Notes: generated by a model not told the origin, from the sequence alone. Positions 38,225-48,464 are shown, numbered from the stretch's first letter. The stretch: DNA of 64,000 nucleotides from Lysobacter sp. (GCA_031359875.1 JANMAO010000187.1:19208-83207), one strand, 5' to 3'. Numbers and translations are program-made.

Positions 38225-38445
38225 CACTCGACACCCAGAAGGTGTCTTGCCTGCAAGCCGCTCTCCGAAAGAGGCGCTGCGAAAGAAGTCACAGGTCGCA
38301 CTGTGACAGCCGTGAGCCATGCGCTCCACAACCCCAGGTTGTGCCACCCCGGTAGGAGTTTCCGTCCCAGAAAGACGGTCTCTCTGCGTGCCCCTTGGCG
38401 CGTCCACTTTTTGCGTGGACGCCCAAAAGGCCGACACGCACGCAT
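38225..38445 (-). ncRNA. Putative structured ncRNA or ssDNA structure
   Basis: Consecutive stems at 38230-46, 38288-307, 38327-43, 38362-78 and 38385-440; G-U extensions favour the minus strand. Confidence 0.4.
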
Positions 38446-38802
38446 TGAAGCTGGCCATTTCGGACCGGCATGTTGGAGCTTATGATGATCACTGTGATTG
38501 TGATGGCCTGCGTTGTGTCTGGCCGGCTGCTTTCCGTTCCAGTGATCGCCGTCAAGCGCTCACTGTTCGGCTGAGACATTTCAACCGCAGCGGCCCCTTG
38601 GCCTCCTGCACAAAGCGCCATTCCCTCTTGGGTCTGGCGCTTTTTCTTGCCCGCAATTCCTGCGAAGAGATCTTGGCCAGGCCGCGCTGCCCCTTCGTCG
38701 CGCCGCGTCGCCGCCGCCTTCTCCTACCAACGCATGCCTCGACAACTCTCTGGAATACGAGAAGCAGCCAGGCTGTCTGGGTGCGCTTTAGGAGCGTGTG
38801 TA

Positions 38803-39441
38803 ATGAACTCGATACAACCCATGACCCCCATGTCGATCGGCGATAAGGGCGTTCTCGCCGGCATGAAGCCACCGGAGTCTCTGCGCCCTCTGCACGAGGC
38901 CATCGTGGAGATCGCGGCGATCGCCAAGACCGTTGATTACCGTCCGCACGATTCTTGGGATTTCCACGCCAATGTTATCCGCTGGTCTCATGAGTGGGAG
39001 GAGGTCTTTGCCGATGGCGTCGCTGGCGGACGCTGGGAGGAGGACGAATGGCTCGAACGAACCGAAGCGTTCGCTCTGAGCAAGCTCTGCGATGTGAGTC
39101 ACCTGTGCGTTCGATGGACCGTTCGCGACGATGGGGTGGCTGTTCTTCCGTCCATGGATGCCATTCTGCCTGCAGGCGCGGGCGTGAATGAGGGCGACAC
39201 ATTCATTGTCGACGCGGCCGGCAACAAGCTGACCTCTTTCGGTCCGCGGGTGCTCGACGGCAAGGGCGGTACTTCTTGCGTGATCCCAGCGATCGGCGTG
39301 CCAATGCAGTTCTGGGGGGTCTATGAGCACGATGCCAAAGGCTACGCGTCATGCATCGGCGACGCCGTCGACCGACACTCTGCGATGGCGTTTGCCGAAG
39401 CGATAAGCAAGCGTTGTGCGATCGCCCCGAACGCCGGCTGA
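38803..39441 (+). CDS. Hypothetical protein
   Basis: AGGAG RBS; followed by a terminator. Confidence 0.7.
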   Translation: MNSIQPMTPMSIGDKGVLAGMKPPESLRPLHEAIVEIAAIAKTVDYRPHDSWDFHANVIRWSHEWEEVFADGVAGGRWEEDEWLERTEAFALSKLCDVSHLCVRWTVRDDGVAVLPSMDAILPAGAGVNEGDTFIVDAAGNKLTSFGPRVLDGKGGTSCVIPAIGVPMQFWGVYEHDAKGYASCIGDAVDRHSAMAFAEAISKRCAIAPNAG

Positions 39442-39472
39442 CACAGCAGCAGCATGCCATCCATGATTCACG

Positions 39473-39504
39473 AACCCCGCCAGGCATTTTGCCGGCGGGG
39501 TTTT
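39473..39504 (+). terminator. Terminator between convergent genes
   Basis: AACCCCGCC..GGCGGGGTTTT. Confidence 0.7.
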
Positions 39505-39546
39505 CTATGTCCGCGATTCCGGCGGCGCGGCTGATGCTTAGCGCAT

Positions 39547-40119
39547 TCAAGCCGCCGTTTTACGCTTGTCGTCGGCGCGCTGCACGGCGGGGCGCGCCGG
39601 TTTGATTTTCATCGACGAGCCCACGCTGTGCGCCTTTTGCGCGAGGTCGTCGAACGTGGGGTTGCTGCACTCGCGCAGGAAGGTCTTGATGGCATGACGG
39701 CCGGCGGCTGACAGCGTGGGCAGCTTTGACATCGTAGCAACCAGAGCGGCTGGCACGATCTCATCCGTGTTCTGTCCAACGATCCTGGTGAAGGTCGGGT
39801 AGGTGGCTGCTGCGAACAAGCCAGTCATCACCGCCCAGATAGCCCACCCGATGAAGGGGTTCGGATCACTCCCCATGGGGCCGAACAGATCAAGCCCCAA
39901 CATCCCTGCGCCGGCCGCGGCGAAACCCAGAAGGAATCCGCTGACGATAGCCCGCTGGCCCGATGTTCGACATGCATTCGCATGGGTGCAAAACGCGAAC
40001 ACATGGTCCTCGAGTATTTGCCAGTCCGCCGCGTCGAGGATGAGGGTCGCCTTTGGCTTCGTCAAAGCGAGCGCGCTGAGTGATGGCGCGTTCGCGCCCT
40101 GTGTGAGCTTCCCATCCAT
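39547..40119 (-). CDS. Two-TM membrane protein
   Basis: Hydrophobic segments; abuts the upstream stop. Confidence 0.65.
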   Translation of the reverse strand: MDGKLTQGANAPSLSALALTKPKATLILDAADWQILEDHVFAFCTHANACRTSGQRAIVSGFLLGFAAAGAGMLGLDLFGPMGSDPNPFIGWAIWAVMTGLFAAATYPTFTRIVGQNTDEIVPAALVATMSKLPTLSAAGRHAIKTFLRECSNPTFDDLAQKAHSVGSSMKIKPARPAVQRADDKRKTAA

Positions 40120-40875
40120 CTACGCCACCAAGCGGCTTGAGGGGGAGGTTGCCTGCGTCGACGGTCCGCGTGAGATCCTGAGCGGTGCCCGGCGGAGCTG
40201 CGCGAGCCCTTTGCGCGCACCCTGGTACGCCTTGACCAGTTCTGCGCTGTGAAATGGCGCTTCGGCGCCATCCGGCATGAGGCGCCCCAGCATGGCGGCG
40301 ACCTGGCACGCGAGCTGACGATTTTCGCCACACAGCCGCAGGCTGTCCGCCGGCACGCGGTAGGCGCACTCGATGCTGCGGACCAGCGCAGCGTATTCGG
40401 TCGCAGTCAGAGGCCGCGTCAGCGCCGGCCGCCGGCGTCGTTGTTCCAGCCATGCCTGGTCATCAGCATAAAGCGCGTGCGACTGGCGGTTGATCAGCGA
40501 CTCGGCCATGCGTGCGCTGATGCCGTGCACGCCGATCAACTCTTTAAGCAGCGCCTCGTGGTGCAGGGGGCTTCGGCGAGGCACGCCGCTGGCGCTCAGC
40601 CACCGCGCGTGCTCCGCCAAATTGTTGCCGGCCTGTTCTGCCGTAGGATTCTGCCAGAACGTCGATTCGTGGGCGCGCGTAATTCTGAGGTTGACGGGCT
40701 GGACTCCGTCAGCGTGCGAGGACACCAGCCGATGCAGGTACACCTCGGCGCGAACGAGTTGCCCGTGGTACTCGGCATGCTCTCGCGAGAGCGGGTGCGT
40801 GGTCAAAAATCGGAAACAGACCGGCCACGCACGCCGGATAGCCTCATGCACAGCCCGCTCTTTTCGCTTACTCAT
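40120..40875 (-). CDS. Hypothetical protein
   Basis: 251 aa in a co-directional operon. Confidence 0.65.
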   Translation of the reverse strand: MSKRKERAVHEAIRRAWPVCFRFLTTHPLSREHAEYHGQLVRAEVYLHRLVSSHADGVQPVNLRITRAHESTFWQNPTAEQAGNNLAEHARWLSASGVPRRSPLHHEALLKELIGVHGISARMAESLINRQSHALYADDQAWLEQRRRRPALTRPLTATEYAALVRSIECAYRVPADSLRLCGENRQLACQVAAMLGRLMPDGAEAPFHSAELVKAYQGARKGLAQLRRAPLRISRGPSTQATSPSSRLVA

Positions 40876-40894
40876 CGCTCAATCTTGTTTGGGG

Positions 40895-41323
40895 TTACAG
40901 GCCAATCGCCTGCGTGCGAGCGCTTTGCGCCAGATCCATTTCCCGCAGGAGCGCATCCATCGGGTCGGCTACCGTGGTAGGCGAGAGCGGCTTTGGCGGC
41001 GCGATCGCCGTGGCCGGGCTTTCGTTGGTGCCGGCGGCGAGTTCCCCGGCTACACGCTGTTGTGCCATGCGAAGCACGCGCTGCAAGGTTTCGCGGTCGG
41101 GCAAGCAGCGCAGGCGCTCGGCAAGCATCGTCATGGCCGGCGCCAAGGGCTGATTCGAGTCATCCGTGACCAGTGGGTCCAGGGATACCAGCAGCGCGTC
41201 ATCCAGGCCGATGGCGATCGCGGTCGCGTCCACGGGGGCGGATTCGCCCCCGACATAAATGATGCAGGCGGCGGCAGGTGCGAGCTGCACCAATTCCTCG
41301 GGCGCGTCGATCGTGAGGATCAT
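40895..41323 (-). CDS. Hypothetical protein
   Basis: In operon; GGAGG RBS. Confidence 0.65.
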   Translation of the reverse strand: MILTIDAPEELVQLAPAAACIIYVGGESAPVDATAIAIGLDDALLVSLDPLVTDDSNQPLAPAMTMLAERLRCLPDRETLQRVLRMAQQRVAGELAAGTNESPATAIAPPKPLSPTTVADPMDALLREMDLAQSARTQAIGL

Positions 41324-41328
41324 GCGTG

Positions 41329-42093
41329 CTATGCCCTCCGGGCGACAGCGGCGGCCTCGACCTCGCTCTTTTCCTCACGCACGGGGATCGCTTCGTCGTA
41401 GGTGCTGACGGTGATCCCTTCGAGGCCGGCCTCCGCGATCATCCGCGTGACCTCCGACTCCGAGTGCGCGGACCGGGTCATGGCGATGTGGCCGAAATGA
41501 CTGGCATACGCGCAGTCGAGTATCACTACGGAGATCTTCTGCTTCAGCAAGTCGATGGGCAGCGGTTCCTGCGACATCAGCATGAGGGTGTGTCCCAAGC
41601 CGCCGCCTGCGTGCTTGGCGATCACATCGAAAGCGGCCTTCCATGTACTGGCCACGAGGGACGCCATGGTCAAGGCCACCGCTTCCGCCTTGTTGTCATC
41701 CGTGTACGCCTCGACGATCCAGCTTGGCGTGAAGGGTTCGCACTGGTACGAGCGGTCATAGAGGTAGCCGCCCAGCACTTCACGCAATGCATCGTGCGGA
41801 TTGCCGTCGGGCGAAAGGGCGACCAGGTCGTCGTCGTTGCCGTCATCAATGACTTGCTTGGGGATGATCGCGCCTACCCGCAGTTCTCCATGGATCAGCA
41901 TCACAGAAATGCCCGCGATGCCCGCCTGGCCGATCTTGGCGGTGCCATACCAAATGCCGTGGGCCGGTGACTTCTCCATCACGGTGAGCTTGGGGATGGC
42001 GAGGCCGGCCGACCAGAACAATCCCTCGTTCCTCGTGGCGAGATTGCTTTCCATCCGCTTGAATACGTTGTCGCAGAACGTCTCGAAACCCAT
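41329..42093 (-). CDS. Hypothetical protein
   Basis: GAGG RBS before ATG 42093 (MGFETF). Confidence 0.7.
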   Translation of the reverse strand: MGFETFCDNVFKRMESNLATRNEGLFWSAGLAIPKLTVMEKSPAHGIWYGTAKIGQAGIAGISVMLIHGELRVGAIIPKQVIDDGNDDDLVALSPDGNPHDALREVLGGYLYDRSYQCEPFTPSWIVEAYTDDNKAEAVALTMASLVASTWKAAFDVIAKHAGGGLGHTLMLMSQEPLPIDLLKQKISVVILDCAYASHFGHIAMTRSAHSESEVTRMIAEAGLEGITVSTYDEAIPVREEKSEVEAAAVARRA

Positions 42094-42094
42094 G

Positions 42095-42334
42095 TCACTG
42101 ATCCTCTGTGTGGCTGGTGCGGCGGCGGTTGAGCTCGTAGTAAATCCGGGTGCGCGGGGCAAAGTTGCGCAACACGTTGAAATGCGCGCGGACGACGACG
42201 TGCGCCAGGGTTTTGCATGCCGCAAAAAGCGGTATGCAAGCGACCTTGATGAACCAGACGAACAGTTCACGAAGGGGCGTGATCGCCACAATCAGTACGG
42301 CCGCGATCCCCAAGAAAAACAACCATTCGTCCAT
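42095..42334 (-). CDS. Small membrane protein
   Basis: N-terminal TM; first gene of the operon divergent from virB. Confidence 0.6.
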   Translation of the reverse strand: MDEWLFFLGIAAVLIVAITPLRELFVWFIKVACIPLFAACKTLAHVVVRAHFNVLRNFAPRTRIYYELNRRRTSHTEDQ

Positions 42335-42374
42335 CTAGCCCGAGCCTCTTCTTTATGGTTGCGCTTCGTTGTAT

Positions 42375-42405
42375 TGTTGCGCATCAAAGTAACAGATGAT
42401 AACGT
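42375..42405 (+). promoter_or_regulatory. Promoter of the virB operon, overlapped by 17-bp box copy 7 (42375-42391)
   Basis: TTGCGC-17 bp-TAACGT; box TGTTGCGCATCAAAGTA. Confidence 0.65.
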
Positions 42406-42474
42406 GTCGCGCAAACGGGTATCAGTCCGCATCATTCTGTTTCTTTTCCACGAAACCCTGGGGTTTGATCGAGC

Positions 42475-42840
42475 ATGCAGCTCAATTCTTCCAAGCCGAT
42501 CGCTGGCCTGCTGGCGATGTTCTTCTTCATCTACATCGTCTATGTCTTGCTGACATCGGATCCGCTCGAGCGCATGAACCGCATGTGCTCACCGGTCACG
42601 CTCTGGCCGGCGCGCGTCGTTGTCTCGGGTGCTCGCATCTTTGCGCCGTCACATGCCGACAGCTTGCAGCAGCACTTCAACAACGGCTTCTATACCTGCC
42701 GGCGCTGGGTATGGGGCGCTCTCTACTCCCAGGAGTACGAGAAGGTGAAGAGTCAGCAGGCCGCCGCCCAAGACGCCTCGCCTGGTGTCCCGCCCGCTGC
42801 TCAACCCAGTCCGCGTACCGCTGTGGCTCCGGCGCGATGA
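42475..42840 (+). CDS. Membrane-anchored conjugation-associated hypothetical protein
   Basis: N-terminal TM; DPLERMNRMCSPV.LW; first gene of the T4SS operon. Confidence 0.7.
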   Translation: MQLNSSKPIAGLLAMFFFIYIVYVLLTSDPLERMNRMCSPVTLWPARVVVSGARIFAPSHADSLQQHFNNGFYTCRRWVWGALYSQEYEKVKSQQAAAQDASPGVPPAAQPSPRTAVAPAR

Positions 42841-43307
42841 GGCGGATGAGGGCGCTTGCTTTCCTTGCTTTCCTCGGCCTTCTTCCGATGGTCGCGCACG
42901 CGGGCGGATGGGCGTGCTGGGCCGTCGCGTCGCAGCGCTACGGCGTGCCAGTCAATCTTCTGTACTCGATCGCGAAGGTCGAAAGCAGTTCAAACGCGCA
43001 TGCGATGCATGCCAACGGCAACGGCACGTATGACATCGGGTTGATGCAGATCAACTCGACCTGGCTTCCCAAGCTCAGCAAGTACGGCATCACGCGCGAG
43101 AAACTGCTTACCGATGCCTGCCTGAATTTGCAGGTGGGCGCGTGGATACTGGCCGACAGCATCAAGACGCATGGCCTCAACTGGCGCGGCGTGGGGGCTT
43201 ACAACGCTCGCGCGGATCGGCTGCGCGCGATCTACGCGCTGCGCGTGGCGCATGAACTGCGTTCGGTCGAGAAGCATGGGTACGCTGCGACGGGAGGCTC
43301 CCGATGA
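42837..43307 (+). CDS. virB1: Lytic transglycosylase (VirB1/PilT-like)
   Basis: Signal peptide; IAKVES, DIGLMQINS, VGAWIL, GAYN. Confidence 0.9.
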   Translation: MRRMRALAFLAFLGLLPMVAHAGGWACWAVASQRYGVPVNLLYSIAKVESSSNAHAMHANGNGTYDIGLMQINSTWLPKLSKYGITREKLLTDACLNLQVGAWILADSIKTHGLNWRGVGAYNARADRLRAIYALRVAHELRSVEKHGYAATGGSR

Positions 43308-44428
43308 CGGAGCAGGCCGCCGCCTACGCGGCAACCCCGCAGATCAAGGCTTCGGCGCCTTCCGGTCGCACCGTTCGTCCGATCCTGGTCGAGGCCGAAC
43401 GTCTGTTGATGCACTCGCTTTCCAGTTTGCGCCCCTACCTGGAGAGCGAACACGTCAACGAAATCATGATCAATTCACCGAACTGCGTCTTCATCGAGCA
43501 GGCCGGAAAGATGGAGCGCGTCGCGGCGACGTTCACTGAATCGCAGATCGAGAGCTGTCTCCACGCGATCATGCGGATGAACACCAAGGAAATCGCGCCG
43601 ATCATGGATGCCCGGTTGGTCGGGCTGCGCGTCGCCGCGGCATTGCCGCCGGTGGCTATTCACGGGCCGATGGTGGTCATTCGCAAGCATGCGAGCCGCC
43701 GCTTTCGCCTTGAGGAATACGCGCAGTCGGGTGCCTTTGATGTCCTCGGGGCGCACGCCCTCCAAGCACATGGTGGGACGCAGCAGGAGCAGATGGCCCG
43801 CGAAGCTGCGGCTGCGCGTGGTGGCCAGGGATTGGTGGAGTTCCTGCGCTGGGCAGTGCGATCTCACAAGAACCTGCTGCTGGCCGGTGGAACGAGCTCG
43901 GGCAAAACGACGTTGCTTTCGTCGTGCCTGCTCGAGATCCCGGCGCACGAGCGGATCATTTCGTGCGAGGACACGCACGAGATCGTTCTCGAACAGCCGA
44001 ACATCATCCAGCTGGAGGCCATGCCCAGCGATGATCCGGCGAAAAACATCACGATCCGCCAATTGATCAAGCTCTGCCTGCGCTCGCGACCGGACAGGAT
44101 CATCGTCGGCGAGATCCGCGGCCAGGAGGCTTACGACTTCCTCGATGCCATGAACACCGGCCACAGCGGCTCGCTCTGCACGTTGCACGCGGACTCCGCA
44201 TTTCTGGCGCTGCGCCGGCTGGAGTCGCTGATTCGTATGTCGCCCACGGCCGCCAATCTGCCGCTGCGCGACATGCGCGCGGACATCGCCTCGGCGATCG
44301 ACTACGTGGTGTTCCAGTCAAAGCTTGGCGGCCAGCGCGGTCCGCAAGAGATTCTTGCCCTGGAAGGGGTGGACGACAACGGGGACTACCGTTCCCGCCT
44401 GATTTTCAACCGAGTAGGAGACGTGTAA
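43304..44428 (+). CDS. virB11: VirB11/TrbB secretion ATPase
   Basis: GGTSSGKTT, EDTHE, LRSRPDRIIVGEIRG, NTGHSGSLCTLHA. Confidence 0.93.
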   Translation: MTEQAAAYAATPQIKASAPSGRTVRPILVEAERLLMHSLSSLRPYLESEHVNEIMINSPNCVFIEQAGKMERVAATFTESQIESCLHAIMRMNTKEIAPIMDARLVGLRVAAALPPVAIHGPMVVIRKHASRRFRLEEYAQSGAFDVLGAHALQAHGGTQQEQMAREAAAARGGQGLVEFLRWAVRSHKNLLLAGGTSSGKTTLLSSCLLEIPAHERIISCEDTHEIVLEQPNIIQLEAMPSDDPAKNITIRQLIKLCLRSRPDRIIVGEIRGQEAYDFLDAMNTGHSGSLCTLHADSAFLALRRLESLIRMSPTAANLPLRDMRADIASAIDYVVFQSKLGGQRGPQEILALEGVDDNGDYRSRLIFNRVGDV

Positions 44429-44799
44429 TGGGTGCAAACGGTTTTCGTAGTGGCTACGTGGCTCGCGTGGTGTCCGGCTCGCGATTGCTCCGGTGGATGT
44501 TGCTGATGCTGGTCGTGGTGGCGCCGACGGCGCAGGCGCAGTCCTACGGTGGTAATAGCAACGTAGCCGGCTCCATGGTCAATGGCATCTGTCAGATGAT
44601 CAGTCCCTTTGTGGGCAGCAACAGTCAGTTCCTGTCGCTGATCTTCCTGATCAGCCTGGGCGTGATGGTCTTCCTTTGGTTCATGAACGAGAACAAGGAA
44701 GGCGTAATGGTGTGGCTGCTACGCACCGGCTTGGCCCTGGGCATCCTCATCAATATCTTCACGCTGCCGCAGTTGCTTCACTTGCCGAGCATCTGCTGA
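44428..44799 (+). CDS. virB2: VirB2/TrbC-like pilin
   Basis: Long signal (AQA), two TM segments, position before virB3. Confidence 0.65.
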   Translation: MGANGFRSGYVARVVSGSRLLRWMLLMLVVVAPTAQAQSYGGNSNVAGSMVNGICQMISPFVGSNSQFLSLIFLISLGVMVFLWFMNENKEGVMVWLLRTGLALGILINIFTLPQLLHLPSIC

Positions 44800-44814
44800 A
44801 CGAGGATTTTCGTC

Positions 44815-45123
44815 TTGCGCAGTTCCTACGATTGCACTCAGGTCAACAACCCAAAGACCATTGCTGGCCTCGAATGGAAGCTGGTGGTAGCCGTCATGAT
44901 GTTTTTCGGCATGGCGGTCGTGCTCTATCGCGCGCCCGGCGTGCTGCTGATGCCAGCGCTAATCGTCTGGTTCCTGCGCGGTCCGGGAAAGAAAGACTCG
45001 ATGTTCATTCGGATCTATCTGAGGCATCGCGTGCAACGCACGCATTACTCCCCGGCGTACATCACGGCGAAGAACATGAGTGCGCCGCGCCCCATTGGTT
45101 TTAGCCGGTTGATGACCCTTTGA
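44815..45123 (+). CDS. virB3: VirB3/TrbD
   Basis: PKTIAGLE, two TM segments, KKDSMF..Y; before virB4. Confidence 0.8.
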   Translation: MRSSYDCTQVNNPKTIAGLEWKLVVAVMMFFGMAVVLYRAPGVLLMPALIVWFLRGPGKKDSMFIRIYLRHRVQRTHYSPAYITAKNMSAPRPIGFSRLMTL

Positions 45124-45136
45124 TGATGAAATCCTG

Positions 45137-47650
45137 ATGCCCCCCAGAACGGACCCCAAGAAAGCGCACAGTCTCTCGGAGATTCTTCCGTGGCTCTTCG
45201 TTGCCGATGCGTCACAAGCCACGGTTGTGTGCAAAGACTCCTCGCTGCTCGGTGCCTGGTCGATGACCGGCATCGACATCGAGGCTGGCGAGGACGGCCT
45301 GCTTGAGCATGCGTCGCAGCAGCTCGACATGGCCTTCCGCCGTGCCGCCGACAACGGCGCCACGGTGTGGGCAACCATGGAGCGTCGCCCCGCTCCGTCG
45401 TACACTCGTGGGCACTTCGACAACCCGGTTGCCGATTACATCGATGACCTGTGGGGTCAAACCTTCAGCGGCGATCGGCCGTTGTTCGTCAACCAGCACT
45501 ACCTCTCGGCGTCGATGCCGACACGCGGCAATGCGCTATCGCTCGGCGAGCTGGTGGGGCAGGGGCTGTCGTCGGGCAAGAAGATGCCAGCGGCCATAGT
45601 CGGCGCGCTGCGTGCACGCATGCGCCAGAAAACCGCGATCGGGTTCCGTTCGCGCGCCGAGCTGGACACGATGTGCCGGCGATTTGAGAACGGCATCGCC
45701 CAGGTGTTCGACAACGCGGTGACAGACGTTCGGCTCACGCGGCTACGCGGCAGTGATTTGCTGGGCTTCCTGAAGGCTTCGGCAAGCGTCAATCCGGTCG
45801 GGCCGGTAGCGTACATCGCGGACGAATATCTGGACGATTACCTCAGTGACACGTTCATCGACAACTCCTATCAAGATCACCTGATCCTTGAAGGTGAGAA
45901 GCGCAGGTATGCCGGCGTCTTCACGCTCAAGAATGCGCCACCCGGCAACCTGCTGCAGGGCCTCAATCCGCTGATGGCGCTCCCTGTGCATCTGCGCGTT
46001 GGCGTGTGCTGGAAGTCAGCGACGCTGGCCGAGGCGGAGAGCTTCCTGTCGTCCGCGCGCACATTCGATGAGCTGCGCGGCTTCACGCCCAAGAAACTGT
46101 TCAAGATGGCGGTCTCCAAGGATGTGGAGATGGATGGTGACGATACGCCGTCGACGCGCGTGGGCGCGATTGCCGAATCGTTCCGCGATGACGCCCGTCG
46201 GCGCGAAGCCTTCTTCGGCTGGATGGCGGCCAGCGTGGTGGTCTACGCCGACTCGCCGGAGGAGCTTGAGGAATGCATGGATATGGTGGCTCGCACGCTG
46301 GAGCGCACCGGCATGGTGTTCCTGCGCGAACGCGACGGGTCGCTGTCCGGTCTGTGCGTCTGCATCCCGGGGCATACGCGGGAGATTGTGCGGTGGCACT
46401 TCGTCGAGGCCAGTAATGTCACCGATACAACACCACTGGTTTCTCTGGACTCAGGTACGTCATATCACCCGTTTTTGTCCAAGGGACTTCCAGAGCCGCT
46501 GCCGCCGAACGCCATGCTGCGTACGCGTTATAACACCGTGCAGTATTTCAACTACCACGTTGGCGAACTTGGCCACACGCTGCTCATCGGCCCGTCGCGC
46601 AACGGCAAGACCGTCTTCCAGATGTTTCTCGAGGCGCAGTTCCTGAAATACCCGAACGCCCGGATCTTCAATCTGGACAAGGATCTCAGCTGCAAGCCGA
46701 CCACACTACTGCTGGACGGAACGCACATCGATCTCGATCCCGCGCGTGGCAGTGGTCTCAAGATGAACCCTGTCGCGCTGGCCGGGGACGAGCCTGGTCG
46801 CGCCTGGTTGGTCGGCTGGATTGATCGCCTGCTCACCGCGCGAGGCAAGGCGTTGACCGATGCCGAGATCGAGGAGGTCTATCAGGCCCTCACGCGCATC
46901 GCGGTGGACCCTCTTGCGCGCATGACGACGCTACTGACGCAGCTGCCCGATCACCTGCGCGTGCGTTTGACGCCATGGTGCGAGGGTGGCACCTATGGCA
47001 TGTATTTCGATCACGTCGAGGACGAATTCGCCCTCGCCCAGGTGACCACAACGGAAGTGGGCGGCTTGATCAATGCGGGACTGTTCGACGTGGTTCGCGC
47101 TTACGCGGATTACGCGTTCTACCGCATCGAGCGCTTTCTGTCCGATCGGCCGGCCCACGAACTTGGACCGACGATGATCTACTTCGAGGAAGCGGGTTTT
47201 CTTCTGGAAGATCCCGTGTTCGCAAGCAAGGCCCGCGACTATCTGATGACGCTGGCCAAGAAGCGGGCTTTCCTGGTAATGACCGCCCAGTCCCCCGAGC
47301 CTTTCCTCAATCAACCGGCGCTCGGCGCGGCCGTGCGCGACAACATCGCGACGATCCTTTTCCTGCCAAATCAGAACGCAGCACGGCCGGAGCTGGCCAG
47401 AAAGTACCGCGAGGCGTTTGGCGTCAACGACACGCAACTCGACCTGATCGCGAGTTCGACCCCGAAGTCCGAATACTGCATCTATCAGCCGCAGTCCGGC
47501 ATGTTCCGCGTAGCGCAGGCACAGTTTCCACCTGAAATTGTTGCTTGCCTGCGCAGTGACGCGAAATCACAAGCTGTCTTGAACCGCTACTTCGACCGGG
47601 AGGATCCGCAATGGAAAGAAAAGTATTTGTCGGCCGTGATCAACGCGTGA
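45137..47650 (+). CDS. virB4: VirB4/TrbE ATPase
   Basis: LPW, CKDSSL, GHTLLIGPSRNGKT, LDKDLS, YFEEA, IATILFLPN. Confidence 0.95.
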   Translation: MPPRTDPKKAHSLSEILPWLFVADASQATVVCKDSSLLGAWSMTGIDIEAGEDGLLEHASQQLDMAFRRAADNGATVWATMERRPAPSYTRGHFDNPVADYIDDLWGQTFSGDRPLFVNQHYLSASMPTRGNALSLGELVGQGLSSGKKMPAAIVGALRARMRQKTAIGFRSRAELDTMCRRFENGIAQVFDNAVTDVRLTRLRGSDLLGFLKASASVNPVGPVAYIADEYLDDYLSDTFIDNSYQDHLILEGEKRRYAGVFTLKNAPPGNLLQGLNPLMALPVHLRVGVCWKSATLAEAESFLSSARTFDELRGFTPKKLFKMAVSKDVEMDGDDTPSTRVGAIAESFRDDARRREAFFGWMAASVVVYADSPEELEECMDMVARTLERTGMVFLRERDGSLSGLCVCIPGHTREIVRWHFVEASNVTDTTPLVSLDSGTSYHPFLSKGLPEPLPPNAMLRTRYNTVQYFNYHVGELGHTLLIGPSRNGKTVFQMFLEAQFLKYPNARIFNLDKDLSCKPTTLLLDGTHIDLDPARGSGLKMNPVALAGDEPGRAWLVGWIDRLLTARGKALTDAEIEEVYQALTRIAVDPLARMTTLLTQLPDHLRVRLTPWCEGGTYGMYFDHVEDEFALAQVTTTEVGGLINAGLFDVVRAYADYAFYRIERFLSDRPAHELGPTMIYFEEAGFLLEDPVFASKARDYLMTLAKKRAFLVMTAQSPEPFLNQPALGAAVRDNIATILFLPNQNAARPELARKYREAFGVNDTQLDLIASSTPKSEYCIYQPQSGMFRVAQAQFPPEIVACLRSDAKSQAVLNRYFDREDPQWKEKYLSAVINA

Positions 47651-48426
47651 CGCGTCTGCGTCTACCTGTCGCCATCGTTGCCGCTATTGCCGTGCTGGTG
47701 ATGGCGGCACCCTCTGCACGCGCGGGTACGGTCGCGGGCACCGGCGGCTCGACCGAGATCACCCAGCTGCTGAACAACGCGCAGCTGATCAAGCAGAATG
47801 CCAGCGAGATCAACACGGTCAGGAACACGCTGCAGTCGGCGATGTACCTGAAGCAAACGCTGCGTCAGCTGGACCCGGCAACGATTGCGCGGCTAGCTGG
47901 CGTGCCGATCGACCAGGTGCGGGCGCTGGCCACCATGGACAACCAGCTGGGCGGCCTGATGGACTCGGAGCAGTCGGTTCAGGCCATTCTGTCCAATACG
48001 GCGTCCTCCGCACAGGGCATGCACATGACGCCGATGCAGTTCCTTCAATACCGCGCCAACCAGGCTCACCAGATGGGCGGTGTTTACGCGCAGTCGTTCA
48101 ATTCTGACCGGCAAAGCATGCGGTCCATGCAAGATCAGATCTCGGCGCTTCAGGCGACAGCCGCTTCAACGCCGGCAGTGGTCTCGCAGGTGCAGGGGTT
48201 GCAACAGTTGCTTGTGCAGAACACACAGGTGCAGGCGAGTCTCTTGTCGCTCAACGAGTCAGTGACAAAGGCTAACGCGCTGGCTGCGATGAAGGGGAAG
48301 CAAGAGTACGCGACGCGTGAAGCGCAGTCGCAGGCAGAGGCCGCCAACGAACAAGCCGCCAAGGCTTTGCAGCAGGAGACAGTGACGTTGCCTGATCCGA
48401 CGAAATACGGTCCGGATCATCGCTAA
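47647..48426 (+). CDS. trbJ: TrbJ/VirB5-like protein
   Basis: Signal peptide followed by GGSTEITQLLNNAQL. Confidence 0.85.
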   Translation: MTRLRLPVAIVAAIAVLVMAAPSARAGTVAGTGGSTEITQLLNNAQLIKQNASEINTVRNTLQSAMYLKQTLRQLDPATIARLAGVPIDQVRALATMDNQLGGLMDSEQSVQAILSNTASSAQGMHMTPMQFLQYRANQAHQMGGVYAQSFNSDRQSMRSMQDQISALQATAASTPAVVSQVQGLQQLLVQNTQVQASLLSLNESVTKANALAAMKGKQEYATREAQSQAEAANEQAAKALQQETVTLPDPTKYGPDHR

Positions 48427-48464
48427 GCGGGCGCGGTCTCACATCGACTTGGAGGGGGTATTAG

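Noticed and set aside
38140-38330. Group II intron (GTGCG start, AGCCGTG)
   Set aside because: No convincing domain V hairpin and no reverse transcriptase ORF.
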